Source: Heptranchias perlo
Lineage: Eukaryota
Assembly (NCBI RefSeq): GCF_035084215.1
Contig: NC_090328.1
Span: 127,286,001 to 127,350,000 of the forward strand
Length of the DNA stretch: 64,000 bases
Direction of reading: 5' to 3'
Part shown: positions 26,962 through 40,140 of the stretch, one piece after another
How the letters are laid out: each line of letters starts with the position of its first letter
Numbering within the stretch: position 1 is the stretch's first letter
The notes under the pieces: model-generated
Database searches by the model: none
Told to the model about the DNA's origin: nothing
The model's input: the letters and a program-made list of their open reading frames with translations, nothing else
Made by a program: the position numbers and the translations under genes

Positions 26962-29900
26962 TAGAATCATAGAAGTTTACAACATGGAAACAGGCCCTTT
27001 GGCCCAACATGTCCATGTCGCCCAGTTTATACCACTAAGCTAGTCCCAATTTCCTGCACTTGGCCCATATCCCTCTATACCCATCTTACCCATGTAACTG
27101 TCCAAATGCTTTTTAAAAGACAAAATTGTACCCGCCTCCACTACTGCCTCTGGCAGCTCGTTCCAGACACTCACCACCCTTTGAGTGAAAAAATTGCCCC
27201 TCTGGACCCTTTTGTATCTCTCCCCTCTCACCTTAAATCTATGCCCCCTCGTTATGGACTCCCCTACCTTTGGGAAAATATTTTGACTATCTACCTTATC
27301 TATGCCCCTCATTATTTTATAGACTTCTATAAGATCACCCCTAAACCTCCTATTCTCCAGGGAAAAAAGTCTCAGTCTATCCAACCTCTCCCTATAAGTC
27401 AAACCATCAAGTCCCGGTAGCATCCTAGTAAATCTTTTCTGCACTCTTTCTAGTTTAATAATATCCTTTCTATAATAGGGTGACCAGAACTGTACACAGT
27501 ATTCCAAGTGTGGCCGAACTAATGTCTTGTACAACTTCAACAAGACATCCCAACTCCTGAATTCAATGTTCTGACCAATGAAACCAAGCATGCTGAATGC
27601 CTTCTTCACCACCCTATCCACCTGTGACTCCACTTTCAAGGAGCTATGAACCTGTACTCCTAGATCTCTTTGTTCTATAACTCTCCCCAACGCCCTACCA
27701 TTAACGGAGTAGGTCCTGGCCTGATTCGATCTACCAAAATGCATCACCTCACATTTATCTAAATTAAACTCCATCTGCCATTCATCGGCCCACTGGCCCA
27801 ATTTATCAAGATCCCGTTGCAATCCTAGATAACCTTCTTCACTGTCCACAATGCCACCAATCTTGGTGTCATCTGCAAACTTATTAACCATGCCTCCTAA
27901 ATTCTCATCCAAATCATTAATATAAATAACAAATAACAGCGGACCCAGCACCGATCCCTGAGGCACACCGCTGGTCACAGTTTGAAAAACAACCCTCTAC
28001 AACCACCCTCTGTCTTCTGTCGTCAAGCCAATTTTGTATCCAATTGGCTACCTCACCTTGGATCCAGTGAGATTTAACCTTATGTAACAACCTACCATGC
28101 AGTACCTTGTCAAAGGCTTTGCTAAAGTCCATGTAGACCACGTCTACTGCACAGCCCTCATCTATCTTCTTGGTTACCCCTTCAAAAAACTCAATCAAAT
28201 TCGTGAGACATGATTTTCCTCTCTCAAAACCATGCTGACTGTTCCTAATCAGTCCCTGCCTCTCCAAATGCCTGTAGATCCTGTCTCTCAGAATACCCTC
28301 TAACAACTTACCCACTACAGATGTCAGGCTCACCGGTCTGTAGTTCCCAGGCTTTTCCCTGCCGCCCTTCTTAAACAAAGGCACAACATTTGCTACCCTC
28401 CAATCTTCAAGCACCTCACCTGTAGCTGTCGATGATTCAAATATCTCTGCTAGGGGACCCGCAATTTCCTCCCTAACCTCCCATAACGTCCTGGGATACA
28501 TTTCATCAGGTCCCGGAGATTTATCTACCTTGATGCGCATTAAGACTTCCAGCACCTCCCTCTCTGTAATATGTACACTCCCCAAGTTCCCTAACATCCA
28601 TGCCTTTCTCAACCGTAAATACCGATGTGAAATATTCATTTAGGATCTCACCCATCTCTTGTGGTTCCGCATACAGATGACCTTGTTGATCCTTAAGAGG
28701 CCCTACTCTCTCCCTAGTTACTCTTTTGCCCTTTATGTATTTGTAGAAGCTCTTTGGATTCTCCTTTGCCTTATCTGCCAAAGCAATCTCATGTCCCCTT
28801 TTTGCCCTCCTGATTTCTCTCTTAACTCTACTCCAGCAATCTCTATACTCTTCAAGGGATCCACTTGATCCCAGCTGCCTATGCATGTCATATGCCTCCT
28901 TCTTCTTTTTGACTAGGGCCTCAGTCTCCCGAGCCATCCAAGGTTCCCTACTTCTACCAGCCTTGCCCTTCACTTTATAAGGCATGTGCTCACCCTGAAC
29001 CCTGGTTAACACACTTTTGAAAGCCTCCCACTTACCAGACGTCCCTTTGCCTGCCAACAGACTCTCCCAATCAACTTCTGAAAGTTCCTGTCTAATACCA
29101 TCAAAATTGGCCTTTTCCCAATTTAGAATTTTAACTTTTGGGCCAGACCTATCATTCTCCATAGCTATCTTAAAACTAATGGAATTATGATCACTGGTCC
29201 CAAAGTGATCCCTCACGAACACTTCTGTCACCTGCCCTTCCTTATTTCCCAAGAGGAGGTCAAGTTTTGCCCCCTCTCTAGTCGGGCCATCCACATACTG
29301 AATGAGAAATTCCTCCTGAATACACTCAACAAATTTCTCCCCATCCAAGCCCCTAATGCTATGGCTGTCCCAGTCAATGTTGAAAAAGTTAAAGTCCCCT
29401 ACTATTACCACCCTATTTTTCTTGCAGCTGTCTGTAATCTCCTTACATATTTGCTCCTCAATTTCCCGTTGACTATTTGGGGGTCTGTAGTACAATCCTA
29501 TCAAAGTGATCTCTCCCTTCTTATTTTTCAGTTCTACCCATATAGACTCAGTGGGCGAACCCTCGGATATATCCCCTCTCACTACTGCCGTGATGTTCTC
29601 CCTAATCAAGAACGCAACTCCCCCTCCTCTCTTACCTCCTGCTCTATCTTTCCTATAGCATCTGTACCCTGGAACATTGAGCTGCCAGTCCTGCCCCTCC
29701 CTTAGCCATGTTTCAGTAATAGCTATAACATCCCAGTCCCATGTACCCATCCATGCCCTGAGTTCATCTGCCTTGCCCATCAGACTTCTTGCATTGAAAT
29801 AAATGCAGTTTAATCTAGACTTCCCTTGGTCTTTGCCCTGCTTTCTCAGACCATCTGTCCGGTCATGTTTTGTACACTCTCCTTTACTGCCTTTTGTTTC

Positions 29901-30566
29901 TGTCACCACTTTACTTCCCACTGACTTCCTACATCGGTTCCCATCCCCCTGCCACATTAGTTTAAACCCTCCCCAACAGAACTAGCAAACACTCCCCCTA
30001 GGACATTGGTTCCAGTCCTGCCCAGATGCAGACCGTCCAATTTGTACTGGTCCCACCTCCCCACGAAACGGTTCCAATGGCCCAGGAATTTGAATCCCTC
30101 AAGCCACGTATTCATCCTAGCTATCCTGTCATTCCTACTCTGACTAGCCCATGGCACTGGTAGCAATCCTGAGATTACTACCTTTGAGGTCCTACTTTTT
30201 AGTTTAACTCCTAACTCCCTAAATTCAGCTTGTAGGACCTCATCCCGTTTTTTACTTATATCGTTGGTACCTATATGTACCACGACAACTGGCTGTTCAC
30301 CCTCCTCCTCCAGAATGTCCTGCAGCCGCTCCGAGACATCCCTGACCCTTGCACCAGGGAGGCAACATACCATCCTGGAGTCTCGGTTGCGTCCGCAGAA
30401 ACGCCTGTCTATTCCCCTTACAATCGAGTCCCCTATCACTATAGCTCTGCCACTCTTTTTCCTGCCCTCCTGTGCAGCAGAGCCATCCACGGTGCCATGA
30501 ACCTGGCCGCTGCCACCTTCCCCTGGTGAGCCATCTCCCACAACAGTATCCAAAACGGTATCCAAA
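26962..30566 (-). mobile_element. Near full-length CR1 LINE: ORF1 C-terminal SGNH-esterase domain and ORF2 (APE endonuclease, RT) in three pieces
   Basis: VIGDSIVRG and VVVHIGTND (esterase); YFNARS, IAITETWL, VGDFN, SDHN (APE); RT motifs; (ATTCTATG)n tail; 7-bp TSD ATGATAA at 26955-26961 and 30567-30573. Confidence 0.95.
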
Positions 30567-30653
30567 ATGATAAATTGCTTTAAAATAAACGCTGTTGCTT
30601 TGATTCTGTTTTTAATGTAATTAATGCAGAAAATATGCCAGAAAGCAATATAC

Positions 30654-30875
30654 CTTGCCCACTCCAGTTGTTCCAGTGAATAGAACAGAGTGCTTAACAG
30701 CAAGAAGTTTTTCCATCAGATAGCCAAAACGCACAGTGTCTGTTGTGGGAACAAGCATCTCAAAAAATGGCAATTCACTGGCATACTTAAAACTGGGAAT
30801 AATTCTGTCCCAAGGGTCTAGTCGGTTGTTATCAAAGTCCATGTAGAAGTTCCACAGGTCACCTGATGTTGGTAT
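30654..30875 (-). CDS. DNAH6: DNAH6 exon with AAA3 Walker A start (IPTSGDLWNFYMDF...LVPTTDTVRFGYLMEKLL...FTGTTGVGK)
   Basis: 222 nt, TTAG acceptor, GTATAT donor. Confidence 0.94.
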
Positions 30876-31419
30876 CTAAGGAAACATGATAAAGACTTTT
30901 CAAAAGCTGTGAGCATTATTGTTAATGAATACTCCACAGAAAGCTCACCAAAATCGTATTTGTGAATCTTACCCTAGCATCAGTTAGCTGGCTCGATAAG
31001 AAACAATTGAATTTTAAACATTCAGATAATAAAATGAAAACTATAATAGAACTGTTACAATGGAATTGAATTTTGAATCACTCAGCTCACTGCTAAAGCA
31101 GGGGAACACTCTTAGTATCCAATACTCTCACATTATCACTCTAATTTCTGAGTACCGTGTGGGAAGACAGTGGCTGCAATGATCTAGGTATGGGGGAAGA
31201 GAGGTTGGTGAGCTAAAATAGCATAAAGAGTATGTTCAAAGCTCCTCAAGTAATGTATCTGCAGTACTTAATTGATAAAAGCCTGCAAATCTCCACACAT
31301 GATGTTGTATTGCTTCTGTATATTATGCACAGTTAATTTCTGTGATTAACATGTTCATATTTTTAGCAATTAATTTTATTAACGTGTTAATCGCGGAAGT
31401 TACATGGAAGGGAGGCGGC

Positions 31420-31705
31420 AGGGCAGGAATGGGACACTGGGTAGGGGGGGGGGAGCCTGAAAGAAGAGTAAGAAGGCTGAGGGAGGGAATGGGATAATGG
31501 GAGGGAAAGCCACAGAGTGAAGGGCACAGGGTGAGGACGGGAACGAGTTACCGGAAGGAAAACCCAAGAGAAGAAGCAGCAGGGCAAGGGCGGGAATGGG
31601 ATACTGGGAGGGAAAGCCTGATAGAGGAGGCAACAGAGTGAGGAAAGGAATGGGATACCGAGAGGGAAAGCCTGAGAGAGGGGGCAACCAGGGATGAGCG
31701 GGAAT
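31420..31705. repeat. Degenerate GA-rich minisatellite, ~53-60 bp period, ~6 units
   Basis: GGAATGGGA...GGGAAAGCC recurs at ~31426, 31486, 31539, 31592, 31647, 31700. Confidence 0.65.
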
Positions 31706-31857
31706 AGACAAACCTGAGCCATTTGGAAGCAGAGTTCAGGATGGAGCAGGTTGCCATCCATTCAGTTACACCAAACATTCCACTCAGGAATTCACTGGGT
31801 GGGGAGTTTCCGCTTGTTTTGCACCCAGATTCCAATGTAATCTGGCCGGAATCGGCC

Positions 31858-32695
31858 AAACAACAACAACAACAATTTACATTTATATAATGCCTTTAAC
31901 GTAGTAAAATGTCCCAAGGCACTTCACAGGAGTGTTATCAAACAAAATTTGTCACCCAGCCACATAAGGAGATATTAGGACAGGCAACCAACAGCTTGGT
32001 CAAAGTGGCAGGTTTTAAGAAACGTCTTAAAGGAGGAGAGAGAGGTCGAGAGGTGGAGAAGTTTAGGGAGGGAATTCCAGAGCTCAGGGCCCAGGTAGCA
32101 CGGCCACCAATGGTGGAGCGATGAAAATCGGGGATGCGCAAGAGGCAAGAATTGGAGGAATGCAGAGATCTCAGAGGGTTATAAGGCTGGAGGAAATTAC
32201 AGAGATAGGGAGGAGCAAGGCCATGGAGGGATTTGAAAACAAGGATGAGAATTTTAAAATAAAGGCGTTCCCAGACCGGGGGCCAATGTAGGTCAGTGAG
32301 CACAGGGGTGATGGGAGAATGGGACTTCTTGCAAGTTAGGATACAGGCAGCAGAGGTTTGGATGAGCTCAAGTTTATGGAGGGTGGAAGATGAGAGGCCA
32401 GCCAGGAGAACGTTGGATTAGTCGAGTCTAGAGGTAACAAAGGCGCGGATGAGGGTTTCAGCAGCAGATGAGCTGAGGCAAGGGCGGAGACAGGAAATGT
32501 TACAGAGGTGGAAGTAGGCGGTCTTGGTGATGGAACAGATATGTGGTCGGAAGTTCATCTCAGGGTCAAATAGGACGCTAAGGCTGCAAACGGTCTGGTT
32601 CAGCCTCAGACAATAGCCAGGGAGAGGGATGGAGTCGGTGGCTAGGGAACGGAGTTTGCAGCGGAGACTAAAGAAAATGGCTTCAGTCTTCCCAA
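31858..32695 (-). mobile_element. L2 LINE 3' fragment
   Basis: LTDLHWPPV..FKILILVFKSLHGLAPPYL..YNPLRSLHSS (L2 ORF2 C-terminus); (GTT)n tail. Confidence 0.85.
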
Positions 32696-34469
32696 CCAGT
32701 GCAAAAGATCAGGGAATTTAAAACGTAGGTGAATTACACCCAAAGCCACTTGCGCTTGTTTTTTCTGCAATCTATTACACTGGTTCAAAATCCAATTCGC
32801 TCAAATCAGGCCCCGCCCACAAAACTGGCCACACTCCCCCAGGCCGAAATTGCAAGTTTCCGCGATTGCGCTGGTTCGGGAAGGCTGATTTTCTTAGGGG
32901 CACAGACACTAGTAGGCATATTTTAAAAAATATTTAATTTACTAAGTAGGTGACAAATTTACACCAATGAAACTAGTAAATGGTTCAGTATATTTTTTGA
33001 AGTCATTTTCAGTGATTTTATATCAGGTTACTCACAGGTGGAGTACTGGGCACTTATTAAAAATGCTTATTTTTGGTGATAAACCTATTTTCAGCTGTAT
33101 TAATAAAACTGCACCAGGTTACCACTCTTAAATACATCAAGGAATACTTTTTAATGGAAAGAAAAAAAAGCAACTATTATGATCTATTACGCTGGTCCAT
33201 GGAAAATCTTACGTTTGCGATTATACAAATTAATTTTAGTGGAAACTTGAAGCGTAACCTAACCAGCGCAATATCAAACGCTTTTTGGGTGCAATTTCCC
33301 TATTGTGCCCAAAGCGGAAACCCTACCTCATTACCTTTACTAAAGATTGGGAGTGATTTGAAAAGTAACTTTTTCTTTTGTTTTCAGGTAAGAGATTTGT
33401 GAGAACTTCTGACTGTCTCTGTTTTATACTGTTAATTATAACAAGTATAACCACCAATGCTCCTTGTACTAATTTATCCAGTTTATAATCAACCTTTGTC
33501 CCAGCAGACAAATCACCCTCTGCTAACAGTAAAAATAAGGTTGAGATATTGGCACACAAGCCAAAACAGACACCAATATAACCAACATGGCAGCCAGAAT
33601 TTATAATAGTTAAGCTGGCACATCAATACTTAGCAATGCCGGTGACAATGGTTTCAATTAAATATGCGATTAAAACCAAGATTAACTGAGATTAAAATCT
33701 GGCTTGATGTTCACATCTGGTCCGTCAGTGTGCATTTAAACTTTGTGACGCTCTCACAGAAGCCTACGTTTTGTTCTCCAGAAATAAAATGCATATAGGT
33801 ATATAATAAAAGCTGTATTTGTTCAGTTATTAAATTCAGAAAACAAAAAAGTTAAATAATTCTGGTTCTGTAACTAGTAGAGAAGGAGCAGCCATGGGAA
33901 GCATTGTCTGAACAAAATACTCCCATCTTTCTTAAACAATCACAATATCTCCTGTCCATTAAGAAGCATCCTCATCATTGTACAGTATTTTTACTTCTGG
34001 AGATCCAATATTTCAATCCTTTGCTGATTAAAGGTCAGCCTGCTTGCATCCTGGGATGGCTCTATTGATTTGCTTAGGACCTAGCTTTTCAGAAGGCTCT
34101 ATGGATTAAAACCAGTAATGGTTGTGTATGCAGTAGTACCCAGCCAATAATATTTTTTCATGGCTCAGGCAGCTCAAGGTCAGCCCTCAGGATGGTTTGA
34201 AGCAACACTCCCTTCAACATTCATCGAGCTATTCGAGGCATTGCAGGCTGTCCTTATTAGTTTAAAACACAAGAATCATCCAGTGTTGGAGCAGAGACCT
34301 GAACTGTTGTTTATCAAGAAGGCTGAAATTACTGTACAAAAAAAATTAGGATATCTCCTTACACTTAGCAGATTAAATTACTTTCCATTTAAGGAGAGAA
34401 ATGGGGAGCACTTTTGAGAGCCAATGCATATCTGACAAGTTACGAAAAACAATTTATTTGTCCACTTAC

Positions 34470-34613
34470 CTTAGCCTCAGGATGATCCTCAAACTGATGT
34501 CGCACAAATGAATCAAAGGCATCCCAATAGTTTTCAGTTAAATTTCCTCCAACAGACCAAATATAACAGAAGACAAATGTCTGAGAAATAACACTATTCA
34601 ATTGCGAAGCGTC
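34470..34613 (-). CDS. DNAH6: DNAH6 exon (DASQLNSVISQTFVFCYIWSVGGNLTENYWDAFDSFVRHQFEDHPEAK)
   Basis: 144 nt, AAG acceptor, GTAAGT donor; WSVGG motif; too short for the ORF track. Confidence 0.92.
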
Positions 34614-34922
34614 CTTTAAAAAAATGATAAGATTATATTGTTAGTTTTAAAGAGTGAAACAAGCTAATAACTTTCATTCAGATTCAGAATTTTTCTCTAT
34701 CTTGAAGCATGAAGCTTGTAGCACATTTCAAGCTATTTACTTTAACTCAGTTACAATTACCACTGAATTATTATATGCCCACTAACACAATTCTAAAACA
34801 GAATGCAACTTGTACAGTTGGTTAACTGTCAAAATCAATCCTCTGAGCTGTTACCATATTTTGGAATTCATTTCTATAACACATTTTAAAAACAATTCAA
34901 TAATGTAGCAAGTTTCAAAGTA

Positions 34923-36222
34923 TGAACATACAAAAACAAAGGACAGAAAAAGGCCAGCTGGTCCATCAAACCTGTCCTATACTGTCATGGTGTGATTCCT
35001 GCACACCATGACCCCCATCTGCTCCCCACGCCCACCAGTCACACAATCTCTTGGGAAAGTCAAAAAAAAAAGAGAAAAAATCTTAGGCCAATTTAACGGC
35101 AAAAAACCCTTGGAAATTCTTCTCCAACTCATAAAGGTGATCTCCAAGTTCCAGGAGACTGTGGTGACTGGGAAACACATCCCCCCAAAACTCACCTACC
35201 TTCTTTATGTAGTTATGTCTGCCACACTTGGGAACTCATCCAGCTCCCTTTTGCAGCAAATCCGCATTCGCTGCACGTGCTGGCAATTTGTTCCATAGCT
35301 CAGTGATTCTCTGTGAAAAGAAGTTCACCCCACCATCTAATCTAGTTCTATACTTACATAACTTACACTCAAGTCCCCTGGTCCTCACTAATTTACCTAA
35401 CTCAAATAGCCTATTCACAGGGGTTAAATCTAATCCTTTTATGATTTTGAAGAACTCAATTAAATCACCTCAAAGTCTATATATTCTAAAATAAAAAGCC
35501 TCAGCCAGTCCTCTAAGCCTATTGTGGTATCTAAGGGCCTTTGAACTAGGTATCCATCTCGTGATCCTCCTCTGAACCCTTTCAAAGGCCTCTATATCAT
35601 CCACCATGTGATGGGGCCAAAATGACATAGCCTAACCCTAACCCGAAATAAAGCTTAACAAAGGCCTTCGATAGAAAATATAGCATTTCTTGTCCTGGCA
35701 ATACATCTTAACACTCTATTTGCTTTTATAATAGTCTTGCAGCACTGGTTGGTGGATTTTCAGAGATTCATGCACTGTAACACCTAGGCTTTCTTTTGCT
35801 CAGTAGCTTTGGACATGCAACCCTGCATGGTGTATACATGCTTGGCATTGACGCTACCCATGTGCATAACACTATATTTAGGGGCAGATGCAGGCTATTC
35901 CCCCACATTGCATGTAGATCTGCCTGTAATCTATTTTTCTCATCTAAGGTCCATACACCCCCGCACATATCTGTGCATCATCTGCGAACATGCAAACAAT
36001 TCCCCAGATGCTTTCATCCAAATCATTGATAAAGATGAAGAGTAATGTTCCCAACACCGATCTCTGCAGAACTCCACTAGTAACCAGTCCCCATGCAGAT
36101 CCTTTAATAACTACCTTCTGTCTGTGAGAATGCAACCAATTCCTTATCCGATCCAAAATGTGCCTGCTAATCCCACAGGACTCAACCAATATTTATTAGC
36201 CTATTGTGTGGCACCTTGTCAA
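34923..36222 (-). mobile_element. Old CR1 (3' part); its 5' part continues at 39905-40140
   Basis: SGVLQRSVLGTLLFIFINDLD..FADD; the split KAFDKV motif rejoins across the 36226-39904 insert. Confidence 0.8.
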
Positions 36223-36225
36223 AAA

Positions 36226-39200
36226 TGCAAACGTGACTCCAGGATGGTATGTTGCCTCCCTGGTGCTAGGGTCAAGGATGTCGTGGAGAGGCTGCAGGGC
36301 ATTCTGGAGCGGGAAGGTGAACAGCCAGTAGTTGTGGTCCATATCGGTACCAAGGACATAGGTTAAAAAAAAAGGGATGAGGTCTGGCAAGGTGAATTTA
36401 AGGACTTAGGAGATAAATTAAAAAGCAGGGCCTCAAAGGTAGTGATCTCAGGATTACTAGCAGTGCCACGTGCTAGTGAGTATAGGAACAGGAGAATAGA
36501 CCGGATGAATGCGTGGCTGCAGGGATGGGATAGGAGGGAGGGATTTAGATTCCTGGGACATTGGGACCGGTTCTGGGGAAGGTGGGACCTGTACAAGCGG
36601 GATGGGTTACACCAGAGCAGGATCGGGACCAATGTCCTCGTGAGGGTGTTTGCTACTGCTGTTGGGGAAGGTTTAAACTAGAGTGGCAGGGGGATGGGAA
36701 CCTGAGCGGGGAGTCAGAAGGGAGTCAAGATGAGAGCAGCAAGAGAGGGGAAGACCCAGGGGAAATTTACAATACAAATAGTACAAACAGTTGTTCAAGA
36801 ACAAGTGAAAGGGAAAAGCGTAGAGCAGCAGAAAGAAAGTGTACTTTAGGCACTACAGATAAAGTGAAAACGAGAAGGCGTAAAGCGATTAACCCAGCAT
36901 CAAAGCTGAAGGTCAGGCTAGGGTGTGTGGCCCAACTAAGAGTTCTATATACAAATGCACGGAGTATAAGGAATAAATTAAATGAACTACAGGTTCAAAT
37001 TCAAATTGGAGGGTATGACATGATAGCTATTACTGAGACATGGCTGCAGGATGGTCAGGATTGGGAACTAAATATATCGGGTTATAAGGTCTATAGGAGA
37101 GATAGGGAAAATGGGAGGGGGGAAGAGTAGCCTCAGTGATTAGGGATGAAATCACTTCAATGATAAAGGAGGATATAACGAGAGGTAAGCAGCCAACAAA
37201 GACCTTATGGGTTGAATTGAGAAATAGGAAAGGATCTAAGACTATAGTGGGAGTTGTGTATAGGACCTCTGGCAGCAGCTCTGAAGTGCTAGATTGTATA
37301 AATGCAGAGATTAGACAAGCGTGTAATAAAGGCATAGTGGTCTTAATGGGGGACTTTAACCTTCACATAGATTGAGAAAAGCAGACTAGCAACTGTCAGA
37401 AAGGTAGTAAATTTCTTGAGTGTGTCCGGGATAGTTTTCTACAGCAGTATGTCCCAGAGGCAACAAGGGGGCAAGCCACACTAGATTTAGCAATGAGTAA
37501 TGAACCAGATTTAGTTAACAGCTTAACTGTGCGTGAACATCTATCCAATAGCGATCATAACATGATCGAGTTCAATGTTCTAAGATTCTAGACTTGGGTG
37601 GGATGAGACAGAGACTGTCCACAGCAAACTGGGCAAATCTGTTAATGGGTAAAACGACTGATGATCAGTGGGAAATGTTTAAAGAAACATTTAACGTGAT
37701 ACAGAATCGGTTTATACCCCTGAGGGGCAAGAACACTACTTGCCAAAAAAAACTAGCCATGGACAACTAAAGAGGTAAGGGACAGTATAAGACATAAGGA
37801 AAGGGCATACAAAAAGGCAAAAAATGGCACAGATCCTGACGAATGTGAAAGATACAAAGATCAACAAAGGGTCACAAAACAGATAGTAAGAGCTACAAAA
37901 AGAGTATGAAAAGAAACTTGCAAGGGATATCAAAAAGAGGGTGGTCAGGAGCAATGTTGGCCCCTTCAAAACTGAAAGTGGGGATATTGTCATTGACAAT
38001 GGGGAAATGGCGGACATGTTGAACAATTACTTTGCGTCAGTATTTAGTGGAGAAAGAGGATAGCATGCCGGAAATCCCAAGAAAACTAATATTGAATTGG
38101 AGACAGGGACTCAATAAAATTAACATAAGTAAAACAACAGTAATGAAGAAAATAACAGCACTAAAGAGTGACAAATCCCCAGGACCAGATGGTTTCCATC
38201 CCAGGGTTTTAAAGGAAGTAGGTGAGCACATTGCGGATGCCCGAACTATAATCTTTCAAAGTTCTCTAGATTCAGGAACTGTCCCTCTAGATCGGAAAAT
38301 TGCACATGTCACTCCGCTTTTTAAGAAAGGAGAGAGAGGGAAACCAGGGAATTATAGACCAGTTAGCCTAACTTCTGTTGTGGGGAAAATGCTGGAGCCT
38401 ATAATTAAGGATAGGGTGACTGAACACTTTGAGAATTTTCAGTTAATCAGAGAGAGCCAGCATGGATTTGTGAAAGGTAGGTCGTGCCTGACAAACCTGA
38501 TTGAATTTTTTGAAGAGGTGACTAAAGTAGTGGACAGGGGAATGTCAATGGATGTTATTTATGTGGACTTCCAGAAGACATTTGATAAAGTCCCACAGAA
38601 GAGACTGTTAGCTAAGATAGAAGCCCATGGAATCGAGGGAAAAGTACGGGCTTGGTTAGGAAGTTGGCTGCGCGAAAGGTTACGGAGAATGGGGATAACA
38701 GGTAAGTACTCACATTAGGAACATAGGAACAGGAGTAGGCCATTCAGCCCCTCGTGCCTGCTCCGCCATTTGATAAGATCATGGCTGATCTGTGATCTAA
38801 CTCCATATACCTGCCTTTGGCCCATATCCCTTAATACCTTTGGTTGCCAAAAAGCTATCCATCTCAGATTTAAATTGGCAGGATGTGACTAGTGGAGTCC
38901 CGCAGGGATCTGTCTTGGGGCCTCAATTATTCACAATATTTATTAACGACTTAGATGAAGGCATAGAAAGTCTCATATCTAAGTTTGCCGATGACACAAA
39001 GATTGGTGGCATTGTAAGCAGTGTCGATGAAAACATAAAATTACAAAGCGATATTGATAGATTAGGTGAATGGGCAAAACTGTGGCAAATGGAATTCAAT
39101 GTAGACAAATGTGAGGTGATCCACTTTGGATCAAAAAAGGATAGAACAGGGTACTTTCTAAATGGTAAAAAGTTAAAAACAGTGGATGTCCAAAGGGACT

Positions 39201-39904
39201 TAGGGGTTCAGGTGCATAGATCATTGAAGTGTCATGAACAGGTGCAGAAAATAATCAAGAAGGCAAATGGAATGCTGGCCTTTATATCTAGAGGACCAGA
39301 GTACAAGGGGGCAGAAGTTATGCTGCAGCTATACAAAACCCTGGTTAGACCGCACCTGGAGTACTGTGAGCAGTTCTGGGCACCGCACCTTCGGAAGGAC
39401 ATGTTGGCCTTGGAGGGAGTGCAGCGTAGGTTTACTAGAATGATACCCGGACTTCAAAGGTTAAGTTACGAGGAGAGATTACACAAATTGGGGTTGTATT
39501 TTGTAGAGTTTAGAAGGTTAAGGGGTGATCTGATCAAAGTTTATAAGATATTAAGGGGAACAGATAAGTGGATAGAGAGAAACTATTTCCGCTGGTTGGG
39601 GATTCTAGAAGTAGGTGGCACAGTCTAAAAATTAGAGCCAGACCTTTCAGGAGTGAGATTAGAAAACATTTCTACACACAAAGGGTGGTAGAAGTTTGGA
39701 ACTCTCTTCCGCAAACGGCAATTGATACTAGCTCAATTGCTAAATTTAAATCTGAGATAGATAGCTTTTTTGGCAACCAAAGGTATTAAGGGATATGGGC
39801 CAAAGGCAGGTACATGGAGTTAGATCACAGATCAGCCATGATCTTATCAAATGGCGGAGCAGGCACGAGGGGCTGAATGGCCTACTCCTGTTCCTATGTT
39901 CCTA
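36226..39904 (+). mobile_element. Near full-length CR1 (ORF1 esterase C-terminus, APE, RT), multiply disrupted
   Basis: VVVHIGTKD; LYTNARS; IAITETWL; MGDFN; RT ORFs 38032..38718 and 38840..39628; (TTCCTATG) tail. Confidence 0.92.
38716..38875 (-). mobile_element. Short CR1 3'-end insertion, inverted copy of the host element's own 3' end
   Basis: Reverse complement of ~39743-39904 with about 3 differences by eye; interrupts GKYSH|WQDVTSGVPQG. Confidence 0.88.
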
Positions 39905-40140
39905 AAGGCTTTTTGAACATCATAATAAGCAATATTGACCAGGCTACCTACAACTGCCAACCTAGTGACTTCCTCAAAAAATTCAGTCAGGTTGGTGAGA
40001 CATGACCCTTTTTTTCCAGAAGCCATGTTAACAGTCTCTCTGGCATGGTGGTTGTACAGTGCATCACTAATGAATCCTTCTAGCAATTTGCCTTTAACCA
40101 AAGTCAAACTAATGAGCCTGTAATTTCCCAGTTCAGGCTG
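39905..40140 (-). mobile_element. 5' remainder of the old CR1 at 34923-36222
   Basis: GNYRLISLT, SCLTNLTEFFEEVT and YYDVQKAF motifs. Confidence 0.78.

Noticed and set aside
29957-30703. 248-aa ORF appearing to fuse a DNAH6 exon with a CR1 esterase domain
   Set aside because: It overlaps the exon in a non-dynein frame. The dynein frame stops at 30621 if unspliced, so this is a chance open frame into 5'-truncated ORF1.
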